In this document: one piece after another, positions 27,658 to 41,442 of the stretch
Position numbering within the stretch: the first letter of the stretch is position 1
How the letters are laid out: every line of letters starts with the position of its first letter
DNA from: Eledone cirrhosa
Taxonomy: Eukaryota
Assembly (NCBI GenBank): GCA_964016885.1
Contig: OZ024743.1
Location: 253,642,001-253,706,000, forward strand
Length of the DNA stretch: 64,000 bases
Direction of reading: 5' to 3'
Program-made: the position numbers and the translations under genes
The notes under the pieces: generated by a model
Seen by the model: only the letters and a program-made list of their open reading frames with translations
Told to the model about the DNA's origin: nothing
Databases searched by the model: none

Positions 27658-29667
27658 GCCTTTTATTTCGATAATCCGCGAAAAGCAGACAACAAACAGG
27701 ATAAATTTGGATTTAAAACCTATAATAACCCTCCGTGGAACCCAGCATTGCTACCCTTCGAAAATGATGTCTTGGAACTCATTCGGAATATCAAATTTCG
27801 GGATAGGAGCAAATCCTTACAGCAAGACATGAAGAATAGAATTCGTTCTATTAAGGATTCTAACGCCGTGCACGTCCATTCCAACAAAACTGGCAACCTA
27901 TATCAAGTGGAGCGCAGTACTTACCATCAACTACTACATAATGCTGTAACTAAGGATTACCGTAAAAATAATCGGTGCGTCATCAATGAAATCAACGATG
28001 CTGGGTTTAAAATCACATCTGATCTCAACATCCTGGACCGGACCGAACCTCTGGACCCTATCTCCCCCCACTTTACCCTGAAGGATCACAAATCCAATTT
28101 TCCGAACAACCACTCTATTCGGCTTATTAACCCTACGAAGTCCGATTTAGGTAGACTTAGTAAAACGATTCTTGATAGAATTATACCTGAAATTAGAAGT
28201 TTGGCCCCTCTCGCACTGTGGAACAATTCTTTCGCGGTGATTGATTGGTTCAACGGCATATGTAACAAGGAACAGTGCCGTTTTATCCAATTCGACATCA
28301 ACCATTACTACTCCTCCATCACTTTACCACTTCTCCTTAGAGCTATCAATTTCGCTAAAACACTCACAGTGGTTAAGGATTTTGAAGTTGATGTCATCCT
28401 CAATGCCCGAAAGTCGGTGATTAATTTCGACGAATCTATTTGGATTAAAAAATCCAATAGTACCCCATTCGACGTGAGTATGGGCGCCAGTGACTCTGCG
28501 GAGGTTACTGATCTTATTGGCCTTTTCCTTCTTTTCTCTATGAAGGACGAATTCCCCAACGCGGGCGGTCGTTTGTACCGTGACGATGGTCTTTTGACCA
28601 TGACTAAGTGCGGACCTCGTGTTTGCGACAGGTTCAGAAAAGAACTCACAGCCTTCTTTAAAGGCTTCAACCTCTCTATACAGGTTGAGGCCAATCTCTC
28701 GGTCGTTAATTACCTCGACGTTACCCTCAATTTATTGAATGGGTTGTATTACCCGTATAGAAAGCCGAATGATACGCTTAATTATATAAGTAAGCATTCC
28801 AACCATCCTGCCAGCATAACCAAGAACCTGGTAAGAAACGTTTCGTTGAGGCTTTCCCGTCTTTCCACCAACGAGCGCATTTTCAACGACCATTCTACTT
28901 ATTACAATGAAGCTCTTGCCCGAAGTGGATTTGTCGATAAGGTAGCATATACTGAGTACGAAAATAGACCTAGAAGAAATAGATCCCGTCGCATTTGTTG
29001 GTTTAACCCACCATATAATATGGAGGTGGCCACACCATTAGCTAAGATCTTTCTTTCCTTATTACGAAGCATTTCCCCCTACACATAAACATTAAAAAAT
29101 GTTAATAGAAATACTATTAAAATTTCTTACTCTACCACTCCTAACCTTGCACATAGCATCACAGCTTCAAATTTAGCTAAACTACCTAGCCGTAGGAACA
29201 CGTGCAACCCTGTAGTTAGTACTAACTGTAATTGTAGGAATCGGGCTGATTGCCCCCTATCCGGGGAATGCCTCTCTAGTAACCTTGTCTACAAATGTAA
29301 GGTTGTAACACCCACGTCCCGTAGGGCCTACATAGGGTTAACCGCCAATAGTTTCAAGCAGCGTCTCTACATCCATACCCATTCTTTTCGTTACCCTCTA
29401 AGAAGGAATATGACGTCACTTTCAGCTTATATCTGGAGTCTAAAAGACAACCACACCCAATATAAGTTACACTGGGAGATCCTAGCTAGGGCTAGATCGT
29501 ATAACGGACATAAAAGACCATGTGACCTCTGCGCCGCTGAGGCCCTGGAAATACTCTACGCCACAGACCACATCTTAAACAAAAAATCTGAGGCAATTTC
29601 GGCTTGTAAACATAAATTGCACAAGACTTTCCTGTATTACAGCCCCACGTTATACCCTAACGGATAG
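27658..29667 (+). pseudogene. PLE polyprotein: RT, Cys-rich linker, GIY-YIG endonuclease; one lesion (TAA at 29086-29088)
   Basis: QFDINHYYSSI, MGASDSAEVTDL, LYRDDGL, YLDVTL, SNHP, WFNPPY. The same frame continues NRNTIKISYS, CNCRNRADCPLSGEC, LVYKC..AYIGLT..FKQR, CDLC..E..LNKKSE..CKH. Motif set resembles Naiad-type PLEs (clade from recall, needs phylogeny). Confidence 0.9.
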
Positions 29668-30594
29668 CACGATGTATACGTGGATATTTTACGTCTTGAT
29701 GTGGGAGCTACGTATATGTTTGTTTATTCCTTTACTTATTTGCATAGGTAACTATATATTACCCGTATGTTTTGTGAAGGTATGTATACCTTCTCGTACT
29801 TATATTTGACTGTTATGGCGTATACTTTTTACATATTCTGGTACATATGGTTTGGCTATGTGTATACGGGAGTTTTGCGTCTGCGTGAGTATGCAGGTTC
29901 GTACGTATGGTGGTTGTGTGTATATGTGTATTTCTTGTTTTAGTTGACTTACGTCTCCGAACATTCGTGTATTTATATGTAGGTATGAGTGTGCGCTTGT
30001 TATATACGTATTTATTTACTTATATACGTTTATATAATTATTTATTTATTTGTACACAAGCATACACATACACACATATTTATATGTGCGTGGTTTTGTA
30101 TACCTACGGTAAGGTTTTGCATATGCTTGTGTATGTACGTATCTGTTTGCGTGTATGTATTTATTTGTTTCTATTACTTCTGTATTGTATTTATTTACTT
30201 TGATCTTAACTCTGTAGCGGAGATTCATTTCGTCTCCTAGTTAGAATTTTAGTCTACGACTTCTGCTTACCATTTACGTGATTTTGTCTTTGCGTGCTAT
30301 TGTTCCCCACGCTCCACATATGACTTATTATCTTCGTTTTTTTCGTTCATTGCCAGAGAACGTCTCTATGCACCACCTAAGAGAACATTAGTCTACGACC
30401 TCTTTTATACCATAAACGTGGTTCTGTCTTTGCGCGTAATTGTTTTTCACCGCTCCTATTAATGACGTATTATTCGTTTTTTCCCGTTCTTTGCCAGCGA
30501 ACGTTACCACGAACCAAAGTATCGTCTTCCTGTCTTCCTCCGGTTGCAACGTTTTTTGAAATATCCAGTTCTGCGTTTACAGATTGACTTTGTT

Positions 30595-30645
30595 AGTTTC
30601 AGAAGATCCCGTTAAGGGTGAAAGCAGCGATTCTTTGCTTAAACT
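30595..30645 (+). ncRNA. HHR of the PLE pseudo-LTR (U4A core)
   Basis: AGTTT-CAGAAGA-tCCC gttaa GGGt-GAAA-GCA gcgattctt TGC-TT^AAACT. Confidence 0.65.
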
Positions 30646-30661
30646 TTAATCTGTTATTTTA

Positions 30662-30738
<77 letters not shown>

Positions 30739-31012
30739 GGAAAAATTTGAACAGGAACAAAACAGAGAGGCAGTACAACGAATGTTTATTAATTTCACGC
30801 TCTGGAGAGTGGGGTGGTGGTGGGGAACATTAGAGTATATATATATATATATATATTAGAAAGTGAGGTTTTTTTTACAAATTGAAAAATAAGACTCGAT
30901 TTCATCTCTTTTACTCTCTCTCTCTCTATATATATATATGCTATCCAAAAAAAACTTGAACCGTTAAGATATCTTTTCTTGGTTTTGTCAAAATTTATAA
31001 AACAAACTTTGT

Positions 31013-31071
31013 ATTTTATCTGATGAGAGCGTACCAAAGTTTTGGTACCCTTCAAATATATATAATAGAAT
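31013..31071 (+). ncRNA. Decayed HHR (GAAA changed to CAAA)
   Basis: CTGATGA-gagcGTACCAA agtt TTGGTACcctt-CAAA-TATATA-TA; downstream AATAAATATGGTTTTATAAATATAGT is shared with 33491. Confidence 0.55.
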
Positions 31072-31169
31072 AAATATGGTTTTATAAATATAGTATCCAT
31101 TTATTTAAATATAGTATCCATTTATTTATAAATATAGTATCCATTTATGGTTTTATAAATATAGTATCC

Positions 31170-31243
<74 letters not shown>

Positions 31244-31257
31244 TTGTGTGTGTATAC

Positions 31258-31299
<42 letters not shown>

Positions 31300-31851
31300 C
31301 TGTGTTTCTGTGTGTAGAGCGAGAAAGAGAGAAAGAGTGTGAAGAGGCAGAAAAAACAAAACATGATGAAAGAAAACAGTCAAAATTAGAATATATGATA
31401 TTAGCTTACTGCTCAGAAGTGTGAGGATGTCAGACAATACATAACATTTTGGGTTAAACCTTTTATCAGATAGTAGAAAGGGGAAGGAAAATGTAGAAAG
31501 GTAGTGGAGAGTGGATAACAATCTTTCTATATCGTTACTAGAGAGTGTTCTCCCACCGTTCAGGCTTATATCATTGGAGTAGCGATGGTATAGGTTTTAT
31601 TAACATTTATTTAAAATATTGTAGTTTGAATCACAATATTGGTTTCTAACCTAAGCAACAGACCAGCCTATTTGGAGTAAGAAGAGACAGTCGATTATAT
31701 AGCCCACAGTTCTTGACTGATACTCTAATGTATCGACCATGGAATGATGAGAGGGGAAGTTGAACTTGGCAGTATTTGAATACTGAACGAAAATGGCCAT
31801 AACTAAATGCAATTTGTCCAACACTAATACATCTGAACATTCCCAAGAGTA

Positions 31852-32004
31852 GTTGCTAAGACAAGCTGTATTTGGTTGGTAAGACTCTATTTATTTGGTT
31901 GCTAAGACAGTGTGGGTTTCGTTGCTAAGACAAGGTGTATACAAGGTTGCAATGACAAAGAGTATATGGCTACTATAACAATATTTTCATGGTTGCTAAG
32001 ACAA
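31852..32004 (+). repeat. Seven-unit 23-25 bp array with conserved GTTGCTAAGACAA core
   Basis: Cores at about 31852, 31875, 31898, 31921, 31946, 31969 (degenerate) and 31992; spacers variable. Confidence 0.75.
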
Positions 32005-32712
32005 TGTGTATATAGAGAAGGTTGAATGTGGAGGGGGGGGGGGGGCTACTAACCTCAAAAGAATAAACACTGACATGTTACTGGAATCATCAGAGAATGG
32101 TCCAATGTGTTCTGAAGCACGGAATAGGAATATAGGGAAAGCTGGCTTGTTGTAAATATGTGTGGGTGTAGGGGTTTCTATGTACATATATCTGTATGAG
32201 TGTATGGTTCATCATACATGTATCTATGTGTGTGTATGGGTGGTTGCTAATGCAGGTACGCAAGTGTGTATTTATGTATAATGATTGCTAATACACATAT
32301 GTTTGTGTTTGTATGTGTGCCTCTGAATGTATATAAATGATTGCATATATAGGCTTGTCTATGAGATTGTGTGTGTGTATGTGTGTATGTGGTTGATTGT
32401 ATAGATATGTCTATTTGTGTGTGTGTGGATCATTGGTTTTATAAATATATATGTGTATATATAAGTGATTTCTAATATTGTGAGATTGTGCATGCACATG
32501 TGTATAGGTGAGAGTATGTGTGCATATGACTATGGTTGGTTGTGCAGAAATTTCTAGATTAAAATATAATATTGCTTCTGTTTGCGGTGTCCCTGGGGAG
32601 GGTTTATACCTACTGTGGAGAGAAATTCTCATCAGAATGGTAATATGGTTCAAGAGAGAATCTGCTCAATGATACACACACACATACAAACACGCATCTA
32701 TATATGTATATA

Positions 32713-32772
<60 letters not shown>

Positions 32773-32811
32773 ATAGAGAGGGAGTGTGATATATATGCGA
32801 GTGTTGTTATT

Positions 32812-32847
<36 letters not shown>

Positions 32848-32970
32848 ACAGATGCATGGACATGTTCACATACATAGACCTACAATACCAACATAAGCCT
32901 ACATGGACAGATACGCACAAACATACTAATACACACCAATTATATGTATACACAAAGAGAGAGAGAGAGA

Positions 32971-33029
<59 letters not shown>

Positions 33030-33299
33030 AAAGATATTACCAGACATACATCGAAGAAGAACTGCTGATAAATAATTTGAGAGAATGCACTAAAAAAGGA
33101 ACAAAAAGCGAATAAAACTGAGATATATTGGGGAATGTTAAACTGAACTAAGCAACACACCCACGTATATATATATATATATATATTCTGTCTTTCATAT
33201 TTTGTAATGTAGAAGAAATCTTTGTTATTCACAGCAATGTTTCTAAAAAGAATATATCAATACATGAAAAATAAGATATTTACAGATCTTAAGTGATTG

Positions 33300-33347
<48 letters not shown>

Positions 33348-33490
33348 TCGTTTTCTGTCTTTCTTTCTTTTTTCTCTCTTTCTTTCTCTTTGTGTAACAT
33401 TTTTTCACTGCCAGCTTAAACCTCTTCAAATGGAAGTCGGTGTTATAACGGTATGTCGAATCTATTTATCTATAAAACTGTTTATATTGT

Positions 33491-33554
33491 ATTTTGTCTG
33501 AGGAAGGCATAGCATATTGTTAATATGATATCCCCGAAATATATATAATGAAAT
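33491..33554 (+). ncRNA. Hammerhead ribozyme in a pseudo-LTR fragment
   Basis: ATTTTGT-CTGAGGA-aGGcATAgCATATT gtt AATATGaTATcCCc-GAAA-TATATA-TA^ATGAAAT. Confidence 0.65.
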
Positions 33555-34689
33555 AAATATGGTTTTATAAATATAGTTTCCATTTATTTAATATTGTAAA
33601 TATACTCCAAATATTTGTCGAGTGCTTTTATATCAGTTATAAATATTTACTAGTTGTAACCCAACAATTTTAAATATAACTTTCCATATATATATATATA
33701 TGAAACAACAGAAACTATGTGGGTACAAAAAAGCTGATTGGTTAACTAGTTTGCCTTGCAATGACAGTTCTGCAGATAGACGCCGCGCTCTCAACACTTC
33801 CCTTCATTGATCCAATAGAACATCCAAAATCTGACAGCTGGAAGGAGAATAACCTGCATCAGCACTGGGCTGATACTTTCTATATTGACTCTTAATAGTT
33901 GAAAGTCTGAAAAAACTGGAAATCATCGTGGATCTTTGCACGACATACTCACAGAACACAAAGCTGGAACAAATATTGAAATTTTCTAATGACACTGCCA
34001 TTTGCACAAGTCTTATTTCAATGAACGAAAAGAAATATGAGGTGTATAAGATATCTGTGTGGTTATGAAATTCACATTGCCACCATCTGCTTCTAGAGTT
34101 AAAGTTACAACATGGTGTCTGATTTACCATTTGTTTTATAGTGTAATCTATATTTCTGTGATTGATCAAATTCTCTTATTGCAGTGTCTTTATCTAGAAT
34201 ATTAGCACTTTTAATTAATTGTCTTCTATTCAGGATTGCTTTGAAACATTTGGTATAAATCTCATATATCTTTCTCATGTAAATCTGTATACAGTCTGCA
34301 GTAGTGTTTCTAATTGCTAACGTCTGCTGCATATAACTTGAAATCATCCATATACGAGAAATGACTAATTTCCATCAGTAGTGTTTGTATCCAAGTTCAA
34401 TCCTGTTTAGCACACCTGTTAAAGGCGTCAGTGCCAGACTATTGAGAAGTGGAGAGAGAAACCCTTTGGAATAATTTCCTGTTGATAAGAATGAGCTCAT
34501 TTTAATAGCTCAATCTTTTGTCAGTATCTGCAGCACAGTTTGACATGATTGATATATTGTTTAAATGTTGATGTTATTTTACTCATGGCTTGCGTGTGCT
34601 TGTTCATTGAAATTCAATGATGAGCATTTTCTAATTAAATTGTGGATCCGTTGTTGACTGTCACATTCCAATCCTTGATGTACAGTTTT

Positions 34690-35190
34690 GGCTGGAGAGG
34701 CAAAGTGGCATGCCTTCTTTCCCACTTCTCTTGGAAGTTTTGAGTGCATTTTCTCATCATATCTTCAATCACCTTCCAAAAGTGAGAACATCAAAGTGAA
34801 TGCTTTGTAGCAATTCCTTCGATTCCTGAAGGGTTAGTGTTATTTCTCTTCAAAATAGTTTTCATCTGGTTTTTGAACCTACATCAAGGTGGTTACCATC
34901 ATGTAGCTGGCCATGGAGAATGCTACATGTCCAAAACCATCTAAGTTGATACAGGTATAGTGTAAAATGCTATTGATATTGGTTGTAATCAGTGAGTGTG
35001 TAATACTATCTTAACAGGTGATGCAAAGGATATTCTGGAGACTGATTTAATAATTATTAAAGGCCTCAAGAGCTTTAATGTGGTCGATGCCTCACGCCCA
35101 TACAAGTGAGTGGAAACACAGAATGCCTGGCAGACAAGAACCTTGGTTTGAATATTGTGGGTCTTATACCAATGAATGGGGAGCAGTGTC
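34690..35190 (-). mobile_element. Old RTE (BovB-like) LINE remnant
   Basis: TKVLVCQAFCVSTHLYGREASTT resembles TKxxVYxAxxxSTLLYGxExWT; QLRWFGHV-like segment downstream. Confidence 0.6.
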
Positions 35191-35296
35191 AAATGTTCCC
35201 TGCTAATTAATCCATGCCATGCTAAATGATTATTAATGACATCACCATTATTGTTATTATCATTATTACTAATGATATTATTGCTAATAGACTAAG

Positions 35297-35780
35297 GGCG
35301 GTGGATTGGCAGTATCAGTAGAGAGTCAGACACCATGCTTTGCAGCATAGAGTTATCGCGCTTTAAGGTCTGAGTTAAAATCCAACGGAGGTTAACTTTG
35401 CCTTTCATCCTTACAAGGTCAATAAAATAAAGCACCAGTAACGTACTGGGGTCGATTTAGTTGATTTTCTCTTCTCCCCAAATTACTGGCCTTGTGCCTA
35501 TACTAGAAATCATTATCATTATTATTATTCTTATTCAAATCCTGCTGAGGTGATCTTTGCTTTTTATCCCTACGTGATCCATAAAATAAGGTACCCATTG
35601 GGTTCGATTCAATCTACTTTACCTTACCCAAAACCATTATTAATATGGTCTGAGTTCAAATCACGCCGAGGTTAACTTTGCCTTTCATCCTTACGGGGTC
35701 GATAAAATAAAGTACCAGTGATGCACTGGGTATTTGCTGGCCTTGTGCCTAAAATAGAAACAATTATTATTACTATTATT
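35297..35780 (+). mobile_element. Cluster of three SINE copies (one full-length) with (TTA)n tails
   Basis: A box TGGCAGTATCAG, B box GAGTTCAAATC, core AACTTTGCCTTTCATCCTTACGGGGTCGATAAAATAAAGTACCAG. Confidence 0.85.
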
Positions 35781-35954
35781 GTTGTTGAAGTTATTATTCT
35801 TTCTAATATACTGTTCTTTTGTAGGCTGTAATTCATTTTTTACTGTTTGTGTTGATGATGATGATATGTTTAAACAAGAACAAAAATAACATTAACATTG
35901 CTGTCATTGTAATGTAAATCTTTAATAATATTCATATTTATAATAATAATAATA

Positions 35955-36017
<63 letters not shown>

Positions 36018-36043
36018 CATGTATACATATCATCAACATCCTC

Positions 36044-36134
<91 letters not shown>

Positions 36135-36447
36135 GTGTGTGTGTTTGTGTATATATATATGCCAGAATTTGCAAGGGTTGTTACATTGAGATGGTATACA
36201 GTAGAGCAATATAGAGAAGAGATGTACAGAGGCACAGCATATCATCATATCATCAATTCTTCTAGATTCTAATGCCACAGAATACTATAAATTATCTACA
36301 TCAACAATAAGAGAGTTATGACTTCCTAAAATGTCTGAGGAGAACTTTTTCTGCTGTGAACATTGTCTACTTTTGGAAAGAAGGTAATAAAGTATTGAAT
36401 TATTATATATATAAATATATACAACAAATATGTATTTCTGTTTGTGT

Positions 36448-36495
<48 letters not shown>

Positions 36496-37102
36496 ATGAA
36501 ATACAAATATGAAATAAACTTTTACAATGGATGCAAGGTCAGCAATATTTGATACCGCAAACCTGGTAAATCTTTTGTGTAGGATTATGCCTATAAAATA
36601 TCTTTGCAAATCAATATAATTACACATACGCACAAAACCACATAAAAACCTATTGTGCGTATGTTCATATAAGAATCTTATATATGCCAAAATATCTATA
36701 CACATATATGTGAGGACTTTGTGTATATATATATATATATATATATGCATAAATATACATATATGCCTTATGAAAATATGGTTTGTTATTCCAAAGGTCC
36801 AAATATTGTGCGTGTACCTACACTGGGAAAAAACAGATATCTGTATATTTTTATATAATTCTTTCAAGAATTCACTGAAATATAATTTAATTTCTGTAGC
36901 TATTTCTGTATATATTTCAAAACAACATTTTGGTGTCTTTCAGAATTGTTAAAACTTATTGGAACATTCCATAGTATGTCAGACAGACAAGTCTATAGAT
37001 GAATGGAGTCACTAGTCTTTTGTAAGAAAAGCAGACACATATGTGTGTGAGTTGGTGTGTATGACCATGTGGAAATGTATATTATGTGTGTATGTATGTA
37101 TG

Positions 37103-37154
<52 letters not shown>

Positions 37155-37197
37155 CAGACACACAAACACACACATATCTATCTATATATATATATCT

Positions 37198-37243
<46 letters not shown>

Positions 37244-37505
37244 AGATATATATATATATAGATAGATATGTGTGTGTTTGTGCGTCTGTATGTATATATA
37301 TATATATATATATATATACATGTGTGTGGGGGGAGTGAATGTGTATACATGGATTAGACATTCCACCTCCTACACTTTTCAATATAATTTTATGCCTATC
37401 AAATTTATAAGTGTCCTTGTTTGTTTCAAATCTTATTTTTCCCAAGAAAATATATCTAAAAAAAAAATATGCATCTAAGACATATATACATATAATAATT
37501 TAAAT

Positions 37506-37603
<98 letters not shown>

Positions 37604-37890
37604 AAATATATCTAACATAAATATATAATAAATAAACACATAACATATAAATATGTTTCAAAGGTACATATAGCATAAAAATATATTTAAGGTATCAGGA
37701 AAAAAATTTGTTGTATGACCCAACCAATCATTCTTTTTAAAGAAAATATTTATTTTAATTTATTTTTGCTCATTTTTTTCTTGCTCAGATTTTTATTTTG
37801 TCTGATCTTCCTGACACTATTTTATATTTTATACTTTCTTTTATGTGTAAATATGTGTATGTATTTGAATCTATATATAAGTGTATATAT

Positions 37891-37946
<56 letters not shown>

Positions 37947-38112
37947 GTGTGTGTGTATTCATATATATATGGTTTGTTATTTAGAGGAAGAACTGTCTAG
38001 CACAAGCTTACCCTAGAAGGAAACAAACAATAATTTGGTTCTATTGGTTATATATTAACTAGAGTCTTGAAGAGATAAAAACTCTCATATGTAAAACTAT
38101 GTCTCATGAAAG

Positions 38113-40200
38113 AAATTTCAGGCCCATAACTCTTCTAAAGACAGAGTTCAGCAAAGAGGTTGGCGCTTGTCGTTGGTGGTCTGGTAGGAGAGGCGCAGAC
38201 ATGCACCATTCCTGACAGATCCATCCACGACAACCTCCACCTCATGATATACATCGTGGAGCGGGTAGCTAGGGAACCTGGCACTAGTGGGTCCTTGATC
38301 AATTTAGATCAGTCGAAAGCTTTCGATAGGGGCGACCATCGTTATCTGGCGGCAGTCCTGAGGGCGGCTGGTTTGGGCCCATCTTCAGAGGCTGGATCGC
38401 TGACATGCGCAGCGATATCTGCTCTGTGGTGAGAGTGAAGGGTCACCTTTCGGAACCATTCAAAATCATGCGCTCGGTCCGCTAAGGATGTCCCCTCTCG
38501 TCCCTCTTGTACGTATTGACTCTCGAGCCATTACTGCACAAACTGGACACGTTGAGGGGGTCCCGCGCAAACTAGGATGCGGAAGATCTGTGTCAGCATA
38601 TGCGGACGATATCACCGTAGTGGTGTCGAATGCCAAACACATCGAGGCGATCGGCACTACACTAAGAGAATATGAAGCGGTGACAGGAGCAATGATCAAC
38701 CAGGAAAAGTCGATGGGCCTGCAGCTCGGCACCTGGAGAGGCAGGTCCATGCCATCCAATGGGGTCGTCGGGTGCTGCACGGACGGACCAGTTAAATTGC
38801 TAGGGGTCTCGTACCGTCCGGACCTCCAGAAGGACAAAATCTGGGACGAGGTGATGAGCAGGGTGGCGTCTCTCACCCAGAAATGGGCGGAGAGGAAGCT
38901 ATCCCTTAAAGGTCGAGCGGAGGTGGCTAACGCGTACATCGCGTCCGTCATCTAATACCGCCTGACTGTCGTACCTTGTCCTAAGCCTCGCCTAACTGCG
39001 CTGGAGCATTTGCTCTTTCGCTTTTTGTGGAAGGGACGCGCTCCGATCGTCTGACGGTCCATCTGCTGTCAACACCCGCTACGTGGAGGGCTGGGCATGC
39101 CGTGGCTAATGATGCGCAGACACGCGCTCAGGCTACGACATCTCCACCTCTTCCTTGATGGTGATCAGGTGTGGTCGCCGTTTGCTAGACACGTTTTTCC
39201 CCAGCTCATCTCCTTGACGGAGCTGCAGTCCTGGGTCAAGCGAAGACTAAGAGGGAGCGCTTGGAGACTGGAATGTCTTCAGGCGCTCACAGCCCTCGAC
39301 CAATCGGGCAATGTGATCGGTGGAAACCCCACCTTGGCGTTCTATAGAGGATTAGTGGAGGGGAAGAGCGACGACGTACTTGGGGAAAAACTAGGCGTCG
39401 ACGAAAATCAACTAGCCAATGTCTTTGGAATAACTTTCGGGCCGGGACCTATGGAGAACTTCCAGCAATCTCTGGCCTGGCAGTGCTACCGAGGAGCTTT
39501 GCCAGTTCGGGATAAACTCTACAAGCATGGAGGTGCCGTCAGCCGAGCATGTCCGAGATGCGCACACGGCGACGAAACCGTCCTGCATGCATTCCTCCAG
39601 TGTCCGAGCATTGCTGACTTGTGGGTTTATGTCGAACACCTGCTGTCGCGCGTGGAACGGATCCGACTATCAGCTGAGTCCATCGTGAGGCTTGCCCGCC
39701 CTCTTCCTTTAGCCGGGAAGGGCAGTTTTTACCTGTCTGGTGGCCATGGCGAAAGAGATAGTATGGTGGACGCGTCTGAAAGGGCTGAAGATGAGCACTT
39801 ACCTATTCGGTGATGCCCTGATTAACTTTTTCCAATTTCATTTGAAAAGGAAAATCAGGGTAGAGATAGGTGCTCTCTTCCCAGCTTTTTGTTGAAAGAT
39901 TGGTGAGAGATGCAAGAATGGCCCGAGTGAATGGACCTACTCTGAGTATATGCCTATAAATTGAAGGTGGAAAACTGGGAGAGGACAATTGCCCTGGTGG
40001 TTTATTTAATGAGCTTTCTCCACGATGACCCTCGGAAGTATCCCCCATATTGGGGAATTTTTCATTGTTGTTTTATTACATCCTCTGTGTTTTTTTGTTT
40101 TTTTTTACACGCAGAAATACCCATTTGTACCGTCCTGTATTGTCCTGTACTGTCCTTAATGTCTACTTTGTGTAAACCCTCGTGGTTAATAAAGAAAGCA
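38113..40200 (+). mobile_element. 5'-truncated, decayed Tx1-type LINE
   Basis: Colinear with 56330-58468; stops and frameshifts; ends AATAAAGAAAGC+(ATT)n. Confidence 0.92.
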
Positions 40201-40228
40201 TTATTATTATTATCATAATTATTATTAT

Positions 40229-40805
40229 GGTGGTGGATAGGCAAAACGGTAGAGGATTGGACACTATGCTTTGCAGCTTAGAGTTATGACCCTTTACGAT
40301 CTGAGTTCAAATCCGGCCGATGTTGACTTTGCCTTTCATCCTTATGGGGTTGATTAAATAAAGCACCAGTAATGCACTGGGGTCGATTTAATCGACTTTC
40401 CCTTCCCCTCAAATTGTTTACCTTGTGCATAAAGTGGATTGGCAGTATCAGTAGAGTGTCAGGCAACTTGCTTTGCAGCACAGAGTTACGCCTCTTGTGC
40501 CCACGTTAGAAACCATTATTAGGTTAACTTGGCCTTTCATCCTTACGGGGTTGATAAAATAAAGTACCAGTAATGTATTGGGTAATTGCTGGCCTTGTGC
40601 CAAAAGTAGGAACAATTATTATTGAGGTATTTAGTTATGACTTTCTACGATCTGAGTTCAATCTCCCCAAAATCAACTTAGCTATTCATCTTCTGAAGTC
40701 GACAAAATAAAATACCAGCAACGCACTGGGGTCGATTTAATCACCTTTCTTCTGTCTTTGAAATTGCTGGCCTTGTCTCAAATGTAAGAAACAGTTATTA
40801 TTATT
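40229..40805 (+). mobile_element. Tandem SINE cluster (3-4 copies or fragments)
   Basis: Repeated SINE core and ATT tails. Confidence 0.85.
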
Positions 40806-41045
40806 GAGAGAATGCACCTTCTCAGAGTATACAACTATAAATTGGAGAAGACAACTGGGAGAGGGCACTTTTCCTAGCCACTAGGGGGACTATAGCTTTT
40901 GTGAGCTTTCTCTAGGCGTGAGCCTCTTAAGTCTTCCTCATTGAGGAATATAACATTTTTTACACACAAATGCCCACACTGTATCGTCCAGTGCTATCTA
41001 TTGCTTGCTTAATATCAGACCTGTATGGCTAATAAAGAAACCATT
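40806..41045 (+). mobile_element. Old Tx1-type 3'-end fragment
   Basis: AACTGGGAGAGGGCACTT...TTTTTACAC.CA.AAATGCCCA...AATAAAGAAACCATT matches 58170-58468. Confidence 0.7.
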
Positions 41046-41410
41046 AGCAGTATCAGTAGAGCATCAGACACCATGCTTTGCAGCATGGAGTTATGGCCCT
41101 TTACGTCCTGAGTCCAAATCCCGCTGAGGTTAACTTTGCCTTTCATCCTTACGGGGTCGATTAAATAAAGCACCAGTAATGCACTGGGGTAATTGCTGAC
41201 CTTGTGCCAAAAGTAGAAACAATTATTATTATTTTGCAGTATGGGTAGAGGGTCTAACGGCATGTTTGCAGCAAAGAGTTACTGCCCTTTATTGTCTGAG
41301 TTCAAATCCCGCCGAGATTAACTTTGCCTTTCATCCTCGCAGGGTCGATAACATAAAGTACCAGTAATACACTGGGGTAATTTGCTGACCGGGTGCCAAA
41401 TGTAGATACA

Positions 41411-41440
<30 letters not shown>
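41046..41440 (+). mobile_element. Two tandem SINE copies, the last with a long (TTA)n tail
   Basis: SINE core twice; tail 41411-41440. Confidence 0.85.

Positions 41441-41441
<1 letters not shown>

Positions 41442-41442
<1 letters not shown>

Larger units (their letters stand above)
27563..30668 (+). mobile_element. Penelope-like retroelement (endonuclease-positive), 5'-truncated/inverted, inserted in (TA)n
   Basis: RT + GIY-YIG ORF, long 3' region with terminal HHR and AATAAA, microsatellite on both sides. Confidence 0.93.

Noticed and set aside
29668-30600. SECIS element / selenoprotein PLE
   Set aside because: No in-frame TGA in the ORF (the lesion is TAA, the stop is TAG), and the ATGA sites in the 139 bp duplication lack a convincing SECIS stem with apical AA.
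31852-32004. CRISPR-like repeat-spacer appearance
   Set aside because: Eukaryotic context, 13 bp repeats and ~10 bp spacers are far too short, and there are no cas genes.
36165-36382. Possible host exon (CAG...AAG|GTAATA)
   Set aside because: Stops in all three frames.
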